Assembly: GCF_018336915.1 (NCBI RefSeq)
Contig: NZ_CP064923.1
Span: 1,530,001-1,562,000, forward strand
Reading direction: 5' to 3'
Origin: Acaryochloris marina S15
GTDB taxonomy: Bacteria; Cyanobacteriota; Cyanobacteriia; Thermosynechococcales; Thermosynechococcaceae
DNA length: 32,000 nt
A model generated the notes under the pieces. The model did no database searches. It was not told the origin of the DNA and saw only the letters and a program-made list of their open reading frames with translations. Positions 17,674 to 26,163 of the stretch are shown one piece after another (position 1 is the stretch's first letter; each line of letters begins with the position of its first letter). The position numbers and the translations under genes were made by a program.

Positions 17674-17694
17674 GCAAATATTCCTATCGATTCA

Positions 17695-17730
17695 ATCAAC
17701 AAGGGGAGAGGAAGCAAAAGGCTTGTTGAT
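17695..17730 (-). promoter_or_regulatory. 9-bp perfect stem / 18-nt loop hairpin in the 5' leader of the WGR-HEAT gene
   Basis: ATCAACAAG (17695-17703) pairs with CTTGTTGAT (17722-17730). It lies 22 nt upstream of the ATG at 17673. No U-tract follows it. Confidence 0.3.
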
Positions 17731-17875
17731 AGTATTTATGTACTAATTCTATGTCACCTTTATCCCAACAGCAAGTCCATCCTTCCAGGACATAGCCCGT
17801 CAGGGGCCAGATGCAGAAATCATCCCCCTAGGTTTCCCACCGTCACGCTCTAGTCTTGCTTTTTAACCGATCAAT

Positions 17876-19198
17876 CTAGGATTCTTGGGCAAACTCTTCT
17901 GGATCCGTATCCCAATTCACCCAGCGAATGGCTTCTCGGGCCGACTGAATACTAGGGGGTACCCGAGTGGCGTGAATATAGCCGGTACTGGGGCAGGTCA
18001 TTTTCAATAAATAAATCGGTTCCACATCAATCGCGGGGGCAATGCGCAACAGGGTATATTCTCGCCACGTATTGAGGGCTTCGGCCTGCAGTTCCTGACA
18101 CAGGCGGTCATAGCCAATGCCCTGAATCAACACCCGCCGCAGTTCGGCATTCTGTTCATGGATTAGCCAATCTGCCTTCCAGATATGGGGATGGACAGTT
18201 CCGTATCGCTCAGGAATTTGAACCCCATGAAATTGATAGCTGCGATAGCCATCTGCAAACTGGAGGGCTTCCCCTCCTTCGTAGTGAAAGCGTCCTTCTG
18301 GGTCTGCATGGCACTTTAAGGGCCGATCAAACACCACACAAGTTTGCTCAAAGGGAAGGATTAAACCGCAATGGGTCGATAGGGATCGCAACTGGGTCCA
18401 CGCTTCTAGATCATGATCGCAGTCTAAGACCTCAATGCAATAGTCTAAAAGAGCAGGATGTAAGACTTCAGAGGTTTGGGTCAAGGCTTGCCAGCCAATA
18501 CCCACTAGCCCCATAGTTGTCAGCATTTGTTGCATCCCCTGTTCCCAGGCCTGCACCTCTGGCTGTTGACGAAGCGGGTGGATCAAGGCATCTTCTAAGG
18601 CTTGCCCCACAGGCTCTCCCCATTGCCACAGGGTTTCTCCCACCTGTACCAACAAGTCTCCTCCAGGCTGGCTTTGAATCACCTGCCGCCATTCCGTTTG
18701 TTGCTGTTGCCACAGCTGGTCCCAAAGACTGGGTGACCACTCTCCCCAAGGGACAGTGTCTTCTTCTACATTCTGAGTGTTCCAAGCAAACAGCTCGGCC
18801 AAGGGAGTCCAAGTAATCAGGTTCAAATTGTGAGATAGGGTCGCTAATTCGGCAACCTTTAATCGCTCACTCATCTCTAACAGCAATTCCACCCTGAGCT
18901 GAGACCGAATTTGATGACTAAGCTGCCGGGCTAAAGGCAGGGTCAACAAAGGTACCCCCCACTGGTTGAGCAGTTGATCGATCCGGCGCTCTTGTAGGTA
19001 AGCTTGGGCCTCTAAAGGACCTGAAAAACATAGAATTTCAGGTTGTTGCTTCCCCATCAGAGCGTAACTTCGCTGGATGGTTTGCGTTACTTGTTGGGCT
19101 TCAATAGGGGTTGTATTGCAAGTAACTGCTAGCCAACGCTGGAAGAACTCCTCAATTTGCGCATCTTGAACTGGCGTTAAGGTCTCAATCGGCCACAT
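17876..19198 (-). CDS. Hypothetical protein, C-terminal domain resembling what I recall as DUF6745
   Basis: C-terminal block FDRPLKCHADPEGRFHYEGGEALQFADGYRSYQFHGVQIPERYG...IHEQNAELRRVLIQGIGYDRLCQEL...YTLLRI. The MWPIETL ATG at 19198 overlaps the upstream stop by 14 nt. The tracked start is 19270 and an alternative ATG lies at 19219. The family assignment is from memory and unverified. Confidence 0.6.
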   Translation of the reverse strand: MWPIETLTPVQDAQIEEFFQRWLAVTCNTTPIEAQQVTQTIQRSYALMGKQQPEILCFSGPLEAQAYLQERRIDQLLNQWGVPLLTLPLARQLSHQIRSQLRVELLLEMSERLKVAELATLSHNLNLITWTPLAELFAWNTQNVEEDTVPWGEWSPSLWDQLWQQQQTEWRQVIQSQPGGDLLVQVGETLWQWGEPVGQALEDALIHPLRQQPEVQAWEQGMQQMLTTMGLVGIGWQALTQTSEVLHPALLDYCIEVLDCDHDLEAWTQLRSLSTHCGLILPFEQTCVVFDRPLKCHADPEGRFHYEGGEALQFADGYRSYQFHGVQIPERYGTVHPHIWKADWLIHEQNAELRRVLIQGIGYDRLCQELQAEALNTWREYTLLRIAPAIDVEPIYLLKMTCPSTGYIHATRVPPSIQSAREAIRWVNWDTDPEEFAQES

Positions 19199-19496
19199 AA
19201 TGCCAACCTTCTGGCTCATATTCCCGTTGAATACGAACCTGCCAAGTTCCCTGAGGAATGGCGAGGGCATTGTGTTCTTCGTGGATTAGGGTGGCTTCGG
19301 GAGAAAGAACCCGTAAGTAAAGGGTGCCGTCCTTTTCGTACAGCTCGGCTTGTCCTTCACTAATACGATGGCTATGCCCCGTCACTTCACCTTCCGCCAA
19401 CGTTAAATGAGAAAGTTGACGACCTAAGCTGGGCGTCGTTTTGGACAAAGGTCTGAGGATTACATCACCTTGACGAATGGGTTGCATCTTTGTCAT
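19185..19496 (-). CDS. Small beta-rich protein of a phage-associated family (QGDV...GE-TGH-H...HEEH...QREY motif pattern)
   Basis: Sequence: MTKMQPIRQGDVILRPL...LAEGEVTGHSHRI...LIHEEHNALAIPQGTWQVRIQREYEP. A GGAGGAG lies 11 nt upstream of the ATG at 19496. The tracked start at 19526 adds 10 aa. Confidence 0.6.
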   Translation of the reverse strand: MTKMQPIRQGDVILRPLSKTTPSLGRQLSHLTLAEGEVTGHSHRISEGQAELYEKDGTLYLRVLSPEATLIHEEHNALAIPQGTWQVRIQREYEPEGWHYVAD

Positions 19497-19615
19497 CTCT
19501 CTAATGTCTCCTCCATTGTGGCACATGCATTTAAGACATCTTCCCAGCCCCCCTTCTCTATAATGGAGGTCGAGAAATTCCTAGGCTTTGACATTATTCT
19601 CTCAAATCGAAAATT

Positions 19616-19639
19616 GGCATCCATCATAGAACGGATGCC
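19616..19639 (-). terminator. Candidate intrinsic terminator after the NACHT gene
   Basis: On the minus strand: GGCAUCC - 10-nt loop - GGAUGCC, followed by AAUUUUCGAUUU. It starts about 54 nt downstream of the NACHT stop (19693). Confidence 0.45.
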
Positions 19640-19692
19640 TGCTGGGGAAATAGTGGTTTGGGGGCAGTTGGCGATGTGCCTTTTTCCCAGAG

Positions 19693-21993
19693 TTAAGCGG
19701 TCAACACTTTATTAAAACCAAAAAGCTGAGCTTCTAGTTCTGCACGCACTAGAGGAGAAACATAGCAGTCCCCATACAAACACTCCACTAGGGTTTGTAA
19801 CATCCCAAAATAGTCTTTGAGTTTTCCTTGGGTATTTAGGTCACTAAACCATTGAGGTTGGAACCCACGATATTTCACCATCACAGCCTGCAGGGCTGCT
19901 TGCCATTGCTGTCCCTGCTGTTGGTACCAAGCCTGTAAGGTTTCTGCATCCGCTGATTCTTCCGGTAGCTGGTCTTTCAGATCTTGCAGCGATTGCCATA
20001 GTTGTGGATCAGCACAAATACTTTCATCAATCGCTAAGAAAGTGGGCAGAAAGGTAAACGCGGGTAGATCCTGTGTTCCTTGACGCTGCATAGCCCTAAC
20101 CGTTAAGAACAAGGCATAGTCAATGGCTAGATCAGTCGGTAAATTTTGGGTGAAGTTCGGGGCGATACAATTAGCCAAACCTGGATCATCTCGCAGGATA
20201 AGGCTGATATAAAAGGCCGTAATCGGTAAGGGTTGATCTGTTGCCTGCAGTGTACTGACTTTCGTTTGCACAGCCCCCAAAAAGTTTTGTACTTCAGGCT
20301 GAGAACTGGGTATGTCATTGACAGTTGCTAGCAACTGCTGGACAAACGTGTTGGCATTCGGCAGCAAGCTCGCCGTCAGTAAAATCACTTCTCGCCACCG
20401 AGAATCGGTGATCTGAGTCGCGAGCTGACTCAGAGATTCATCGATTGTTTCAGGAGTGGCAATAATTTTCCGAGCCGTTAAATATTCCTGAAAGGTGAGA
20501 TGAGAAAAGGAATAAACTTCCTTGGCCCGCTGAACTAAAAGGCCCGACTGCAGCTCAATACTCTTGAGAATGGCTGCACTGCGAGACCAAAGGGTCTCAA
20601 AATCTTGGGGCTCTGGGGCAATGGATTGGAGATAGTCGGCAATCAGGTTGAGGACTTGGCGTTGCTCAAAGTAATAATTACCCTCGGCAAACGTCGTGGC
20701 GGCAATCTGACAGAGTAATGTAATCGTTTCAGGTTTGGATAGGGAAAATTCATCCGCTTCCCGCTTAATGCCCCGAGCTTGATCCCATCGTTCGAGGAGG
20801 ATTTCTAAACCGGCCTGATAGAGTTTGGCGCGCTTGGTCGGAAAAGCCATGCGCTGTTGAAAGATGGAACAAATCAACCCCAACAGCAGCGGTGAAGCCG
20901 TTAAATTCTGGAGGGCCTGATTTTCGGGCTGGCGCAGCTGCTCTAGAAATTGGGCGGCCTGGGTTAATCCTCCGGTTTTGGAGTTGCGGGCTGTGGCCAC
21001 AAAATAGCGACGGGCAAACACTTCCACCTGACTTTTTTGAAAGTCTGCCAATTCAATATAGTTAAAGCCTTGAAAATGGTAATGCTGAGCCTCGATCCGG
21101 CAGGTAATTAAGATTTGATTTTGGTAATACTCTTCCGAAAACTGCTGGATTTGGGTCAAGATACTTTGGTTGAGGGAAGCCGGGACTTCATCCAAGCCAT
21201 CCAAGAGTAAAAGCACTCGTCCTCGGTCTAATAAGCCCTTGACTTGCTTAATATCTAGACCACACCGCTGCCAGAGTTGGTGTAGATAAGTCAATAAACT
21301 GCTATCTGTGGCATCTTGCGTTTGGGTCGCAAAGGTTCGCAAAGACAGAAAAACAGGAATACATTCAGGTTTATAGCGACCTTCATTACATTCCAAAGCC
21401 ATATGGCGCAGAAATGTGGTTTTTCCAGCCCCTGGTTTACCTAGAATCACTACCTTGTCCTGGTTTTGCAGGATATCGATGCTAGTCAGGGTAGAGCCGT
21501 AAAGGGGAACCTCTTCTTCATTACTGGAGGATTGCCGTTGCTGGAGGTCAGACACTTCTAGCCATTGTTGATGGCTGAGATTAGAAAGGAAGTTGACCCC
21601 CGTATAGACTTGGTTCAGTTGGACGGGCTGGGTGATATCCAGAGAGGATTGTAATGCACCACACTGGGCTTGGATTTGGCCTCGCAGTTGCGATCGCACT
21701 TTCTGTACCCAGGTATCCGCTTCTAAATCCGTCTGTTCTTCCGAGACCGTCGCATTGGGAATCGGGAACTGAGGCAAAATCGCGATTTCTTGCCACTCCA
21801 AATCGAGCTGAAAGCACAGATCAATAAAGATATGCCGTTCAATCGGGCGGCCAGTGAAAAACTTCCAGACAGACTGTCGGGTTTCCAAGCCAACTTGCTC
21901 AGCCAAATAGGCTTGAGTCCAGCCTGTTCGCTGAAACGCTTGTTTTGCTATAACTTGACCCCGTTCCGAGGCATTGAGCGATCGCTTTGCCAT
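19693..21993 (-). CDS. HTH(XRE)-NACHT STAND NTPase with helical C-terminal region
   Basis: N-terminal HTH: GWTQAYLAEQVGLETRQSVWKFFTG. Walker A: ILGKPGAGKTTFLRHMA. Walker B: VLLLLDGLDEV. The ~330-aa C-terminal region is helical with no obvious repeats. Confidence 0.85.
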   Translation of the reverse strand: MAKRSLNASERGQVIAKQAFQRTGWTQAYLAEQVGLETRQSVWKFFTGRPIERHIFIDLCFQLDLEWQEIAILPQFPIPNATVSEEQTDLEADTWVQKVRSQLRGQIQAQCGALQSSLDITQPVQLNQVYTGVNFLSNLSHQQWLEVSDLQQRQSSSNEEEVPLYGSTLTSIDILQNQDKVVILGKPGAGKTTFLRHMALECNEGRYKPECIPVFLSLRTFATQTQDATDSSLLTYLHQLWQRCGLDIKQVKGLLDRGRVLLLLDGLDEVPASLNQSILTQIQQFSEEYYQNQILITCRIEAQHYHFQGFNYIELADFQKSQVEVFARRYFVATARNSKTGGLTQAAQFLEQLRQPENQALQNLTASPLLLGLICSIFQQRMAFPTKRAKLYQAGLEILLERWDQARGIKREADEFSLSKPETITLLCQIAATTFAEGNYYFEQRQVLNLIADYLQSIAPEPQDFETLWSRSAAILKSIELQSGLLVQRAKEVYSFSHLTFQEYLTARKIIATPETIDESLSQLATQITDSRWREVILLTASLLPNANTFVQQLLATVNDIPSSQPEVQNFLGAVQTKVSTLQATDQPLPITAFYISLILRDDPGLANCIAPNFTQNLPTDLAIDYALFLTVRAMQRQGTQDLPAFTFLPTFLAIDESICADPQLWQSLQDLKDQLPEESADAETLQAWYQQQGQQWQAALQAVMVKYRGFQPQWFSDLNTQGKLKDYFGMLQTLVECLYGDCYVSPLVRAELEAQLFGFNKVLTA

Positions 21994-22029
21994 CGATATC
22001 TCTGCCTATTTTTTATCTATTACAACAAT

Positions 22030-22045
22030 GCCCACGAGAGTGGGC
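22030..22045 (-). terminator. GC-rich hairpin between the receiver gene and the NACHT gene (possible terminator or NACHT 5' UTR element)
   Basis: GCCCAC-GAGA-GTGGGC is a perfect 6-bp stem. On the minus strand it is followed by AUUGUUGUAAUAG. It lies 116 nt after the receiver stop and 36 nt before the NACHT ATG. Confidence 0.3.
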
Positions 22046-22160
22046 TGAGGAGACACACTGAATTCTAATTACCCACAGTTCAGATGAAAATGTCTAATAT
22101 TTTCGCCAACACTGTTAACTGAACGCATCTTCCGTGATGCAAACGCAACACGGGATTCAG

Positions 22161-22862
22161 TTAAATCGTCGACTCGACCACTTCCAACTCTTGATAAAGG
22201 GCTGACCCCTCCGGTGTCAATACATTCTCAACATCAGGAATTTGATTTAACAGCGAGATTTCATCGTTACAGGCTTCTTTGAGAATTTGTAGACAACAAT
22301 CTCGGCGAGCGCCAGGTTCTAATTTTGAAAGCATCTGAATCGCAAGATTAAGCTTAGGGATAGACTTTTCTAAGTCTTGTTGCAATTGCTCAATCACATT
22401 ATCTTTGCCTTCCGTATTCTCCTGGATCTTAGAAATTCTTTCCTGTAAATCTTCTGCCCGTTCCCGTTCACGCTTATATTTACTTTGAACGATTTCTCGC
22501 TTAGCCAAACGTGTATTGACTGCTTCCAATAGTTCAGCTCTGGAAAAGGGCTTCGTAAGATAATCATCTGCGCCAGAGGTCATCCCTTGGCGAATCTCTG
22601 TCTTATCGGCCATTGCCGTCAAGAAAATAAAGGGAATCATGGCTGTATCTGAGTTTTCACTCAGGGTTTCTAGCACTTCATAGCCGTTGAGTTCCGGCAT
22701 CATCACATCACAAATGATCAGTTCCGGTAGATGCTCCTGAGCCCAAAGTGCCCCTAAAAAACCATTTTCGGCAGTTACTACGTCATGCTCTTCAGCATCC
22801 AGAAGCTCAGCGATATTGGCTCTCACCAACTCTTCGTCTTCGATTACTAAGATCTTAGCCAT
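22161..22862 (-). CDS. Response regulator: receiver domain plus coiled-coil C-terminal region (no DNA-binding motif seen)
   Basis: Receiver motifs: KILVIEDEELV, LIICDVMMPELNGYEV, YLTKPF. The ATG overlaps the upstream kinase stop by 8 nt (ATGGCTAA). Confidence 0.85.
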   Translation of the reverse strand: MAKILVIEDEELVRANIAELLDAEEHDVVTAENGFLGALWAQEHLPELIICDVMMPELNGYEVLETLSENSDTAMIPFIFLTAMADKTEIRQGMTSGADDYLTKPFSRAELLEAVNTRLAKREIVQSKYKRERERAEDLQERISKIQENTEGKDNVIEQLQQDLEKSIPKLNLAIQMLSKLEPGARRDCCLQILKEACNDEISLLNQIPDVENVLTPEGSALYQELEVVESTI

Positions 22863-25239
22863 CTTGCTCTACCCTTTGGTTAATTGGAAGTCGCACAGTA
22901 AAGGTTGTGCCTACCTTTTCTTGACTGGTGAGCGAGATTTCGCCCCCATGCAAGTCAACGGAACGTTTGACGATGGCCAAACCTAATCCTGTCCCCGAAA
23001 TATTGCCAACATTGCTGGCTCGATTAAAGGAATTAAAAACGCGATCGCATTCCGATTGCGGAATACCTAAGCCATGATCTTGAACCTTGAAAATGGCGTA
23101 ATCATTTTCAAATACCAAATCAAAATCTACTGTTCCCCCCTGAGGAGAGTATTTGATCGCATTGGAAAGTAAATTGGTGAAAATATGCCGCAGCAATTTC
23201 TCATCCATTCGAGTCTCTGCCGGTTGATCTTGAAAACTGCAAACAATCTCATGGGTATTGGTGGTAATTTGCAGCTCCTCCGACAGCCCCGTACAAAACT
23301 CCGTGAGCGGCATTGGAATCGGCTTAAAGGCCAGGTTGCCAGATTCTGCTTTCCCCAGCAAGAGCACATCATTTAGCAAGCCCGTCATATGGTCAACAGA
23401 CTGCTGGATTTGATGCAAATGCTTGAGCTTACGAGTGTCATCCCATTTATGGCCGTAGTGCTCTAGCAATTCTGCAGAGGACAGAATCGTTGCTAAGGGC
23501 GTTCTAAATTCATGGGATGTCATGGCCACAAATCGAGATTTCAGTTCGTTGAGTTCTCGCTCTTTGTTGAGGGCAGTGCGAATATCTTCCTCATAGAGTT
23601 TTCGCTCAGTGATGTCACGAATGACGGCCATCACTTCATTCTCAGCACTCACCGCAATCCGAGCCTCAAACATAAGAGGATTGGCATCATGGTCGAGCTG
23701 ATATTCAAACAGCTGCATCTCGTGACTCTCTAAGGCATTTTTGATGCAGTCCATAAAGGACGTTGCTGTCTCTTGAGGGAAAACCTGGTCCAGAGGTTTC
23801 CCTAAGAATTCTTCCGTCGGTAGAGGCAGGGTTGTGTTAGGAGAATCCTTATAGTTGACAAAAATGCCGTCTGCACTAAATCGGAACATCCAGTCGGGCA
23901 TCGCATTAATCAAGGCCCGATTGGTCGCCACACTAGATTGCAAAGCTGCTTCGGCCCGTTCGCGTTCAACAATTTCGCTGCGCAATTGTTCATTGCTTTG
24001 TTTGAGTTCTGCAGTTCGCTGATGCACGCGTACCTCCAATTCGCTATGCGCTTGCTGTAAAGCTGCTTCCACCTGTTTACGATCGCTAATATCACGACCT
24101 TCAAAAATAAGTAATACGACCTCACCAAGTTCATCACGAACAGGCTTCAAGGAAAAGTCAATGGTGGCAACAATATCTCTTGCCCCTAATACCTCCACTT
24201 CATAACGGATAAATTGGCCCCGAGCAGCTTCCAAGACCGCTGCTTTCAGTCTTCGTTGGGTGTCTGTGGTGGTTGTCCACCATCGAGCTAGCCACACTGG
24301 ACGTTTAATCACGTCTTCCAATTGAAGACCACCAAAATCTAAGGCCGTTTGATTCGCTTCTAGCAAGGTGCCATCGGGCTTGAGCAGTCCAGAGAACTGA
24401 AAGGTTTGATTAAAAATGGCTCGGAACCGCCGCTCACTATCCTGAAGGGCTGCTTCAGTGCGTTTCCGCTCTGTAATGTCAACGATATAGCTCCGAATTA
24501 AATCGCTTTCCGCAATGAAGTGAACCGATTGTTCAAAGACTTGATCGCCAATGATGACTTCCCGCACGAAAAATTTTTCGTTGTCATTGCAAATCAAGGC
24601 AACCAGCCCTGTCAATATGGGGTGCTCAGCTTGTTCCTCTCGTAGATTAGGGAATTGGGCCTGAGCAGCCGGATTCAAGTAGGTGATTCGGCCCGTCAGA
24701 TTGATCTCAATAATGGGGTTTGAGAAGAGTTCAGGAAAAGATGCTAAACGGACAATGGCTGCTTCGTTGGAACTAGTTAGCATCTCATCCGCTGTCGTCA
24801 GCGTTTGCATCGGATTATGAAGATTGGACAGAAAGCCTGTCACGTCTTCAGAGGAGCAAGATTCTAAATAGTGGACATCTGCAATGTTATTGGTCATGTA
24901 ATATCTGGCCCGCACATCATGGCCAAAAATGACTTCATCCCCATGCTTCAAATCATGGGACGTACAGGCTTGTCCATTTACACTCAGACCATTCTTGCTG
25001 CGTTTGCCCTGGAGATTGCCATCAATCAAGCGAAACATATGGCTGTCTGTATCTGGCATAGTCACCCGCATCAGCAGGGCATGTTGCCGAGAGGCCGATG
25101 GGGAATGAATGGCAATGGAATTACTAAGATCTCGACCGATCGAACAAGTTGAATCCATTAAGGGAATCGTTCGCTTTCCCTGTTCATCTTCAACCACTAA
25201 AAAGTGCTGAACCTTTGTAGAAGAACTTGTCAAAACCAT
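22855..25239 (-). CDS. FHA domain - multi-PAS/PAC - HisKA - HATPase_c sensor histidine kinase
   Basis: N-terminal FHA: CSIGRDLSNSIAIHSPSASRQHALL...NGLSVNGQ...LKHGDEVIFG. PAS/PAC repeats are separated by ERKxxEAALQ linkers. H-box: SHEFRTPLATI. G-boxes: DHGLGIP and GTGLGLAIV. Confidence 0.9.
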   Translation of the reverse strand: MVLTSSSTKVQHFLVVEDEQGKRTIPLMDSTCSIGRDLSNSIAIHSPSASRQHALLMRVTMPDTDSHMFRLIDGNLQGKRSKNGLSVNGQACTSHDLKHGDEVIFGHDVRARYYMTNNIADVHYLESCSSEDVTGFLSNLHNPMQTLTTADEMLTSSNEAAIVRLASFPELFSNPIIEINLTGRITYLNPAAQAQFPNLREEQAEHPILTGLVALICNDNEKFFVREVIIGDQVFEQSVHFIAESDLIRSYIVDITERKRTEAALQDSERRFRAIFNQTFQFSGLLKPDGTLLEANQTALDFGGLQLEDVIKRPVWLARWWTTTTDTQRRLKAAVLEAARGQFIRYEVEVLGARDIVATIDFSLKPVRDELGEVVLLIFEGRDISDRKQVEAALQQAHSELEVRVHQRTAELKQSNEQLRSEIVERERAEAALQSSVATNRALINAMPDWMFRFSADGIFVNYKDSPNTTLPLPTEEFLGKPLDQVFPQETATSFMDCIKNALESHEMQLFEYQLDHDANPLMFEARIAVSAENEVMAVIRDITERKLYEEDIRTALNKERELNELKSRFVAMTSHEFRTPLATILSSAELLEHYGHKWDDTRKLKHLHQIQQSVDHMTGLLNDVLLLGKAESGNLAFKPIPMPLTEFCTGLSEELQITTNTHEIVCSFQDQPAETRMDEKLLRHIFTNLLSNAIKYSPQGGTVDFDLVFENDYAIFKVQDHGLGIPQSECDRVFNSFNRASNVGNISGTGLGLAIVKRSVDLHGGEISLTSQEKVGTTFTVRLPINQRVEQDG

Positions 25240-26163
25240 TGAATTAAATTCACGTTGAACGCACTCTCATTTCTAATATGCCCATCACCCAGACGAAGTA
25301 AACCCCAGGAAAATTATTCCTGTAATTCATATAATTTAATTCAGAAAAAATTTTCTATATTTTAAATAATACTATTTATTTTTTTAGGTATGAGCCAATA
25401 AAAATCATTGTATATTTAGAATCGAAAATTATATATTTGCTGCAAATTTAGACTGCCATAAAATATAGGCAACTTAAATAAAAAACTGCTAAATCTAGAT
25501 TAAAATCAGTCTTGTAAGTTTCTGGGTGTCACAAGAATTATTCTTTAAATCTATACTATGTATATCTTTTCGGTTGGAATTTATTGTTAAGGAAGGCAAG
25601 GCTCAAATTGTCAGCATTAGAAAAAGATGGGTTATCTTAAAAGATATATTTCACAAAATAATTTATTAGTTAATAAGAGAAATAGTCAAAAATCTACTCG
25701 AATCAATGCTAGAAATAAATCATAGAGCAAAGTATTTAACTCTTGAACAAGAAAACATTGTCTATTTAGACTAGCCACAAAGAATTTTTCACTAGCTGAT
25801 GTCAGAGTCTAGTCAGTATATTCATCGCCAACAAAATAAAAACACAAAAACTTATACATTTACGATCTTAAAAGAAAAAGTCAATATATGGAGTTTATAT
25901 TTGATTTTTATGCAAAAAAAAGATGGATGTAAGAATGGAAATGTGGATTCCTCTACTAGAGATCCGTCATCAATCATAAGTTGCCATCAGCACAGATATG
26001 AGCGATCAATCTCTAGCCTTCCTGAAGCGATAGATTCAAGGAACTCAATTTACTGGATGGTGTAAGATACACTTCCCACAAACAGATATTCATTTAGTGT
26101 GACGGATTGAGGTTTGCGATCGCATCCCCAATCCTGTCCATCTTGTAGAACTTAGGTGTGACT

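Noticed and set aside
25799-26065. 88-aa plus-strand ORF in the AT-rich tract
   Set aside because: Its low-complexity Lys/Asn/Ser-rich translation is typical of random ORFs in AT-rich DNA. It has no SD, no motifs, and unusual composition relative to real genes here.
26104-26134. Stem-loop GGATTGAGG-n13-CCCCAATCC (8/9 paired, HIP1 in the loop) just downstream of argS as a terminator
   Set aside because: No U-tract follows it on the minus strand, and the HIP1 palindrome alone explains part of the symmetry. This is too weak to call.
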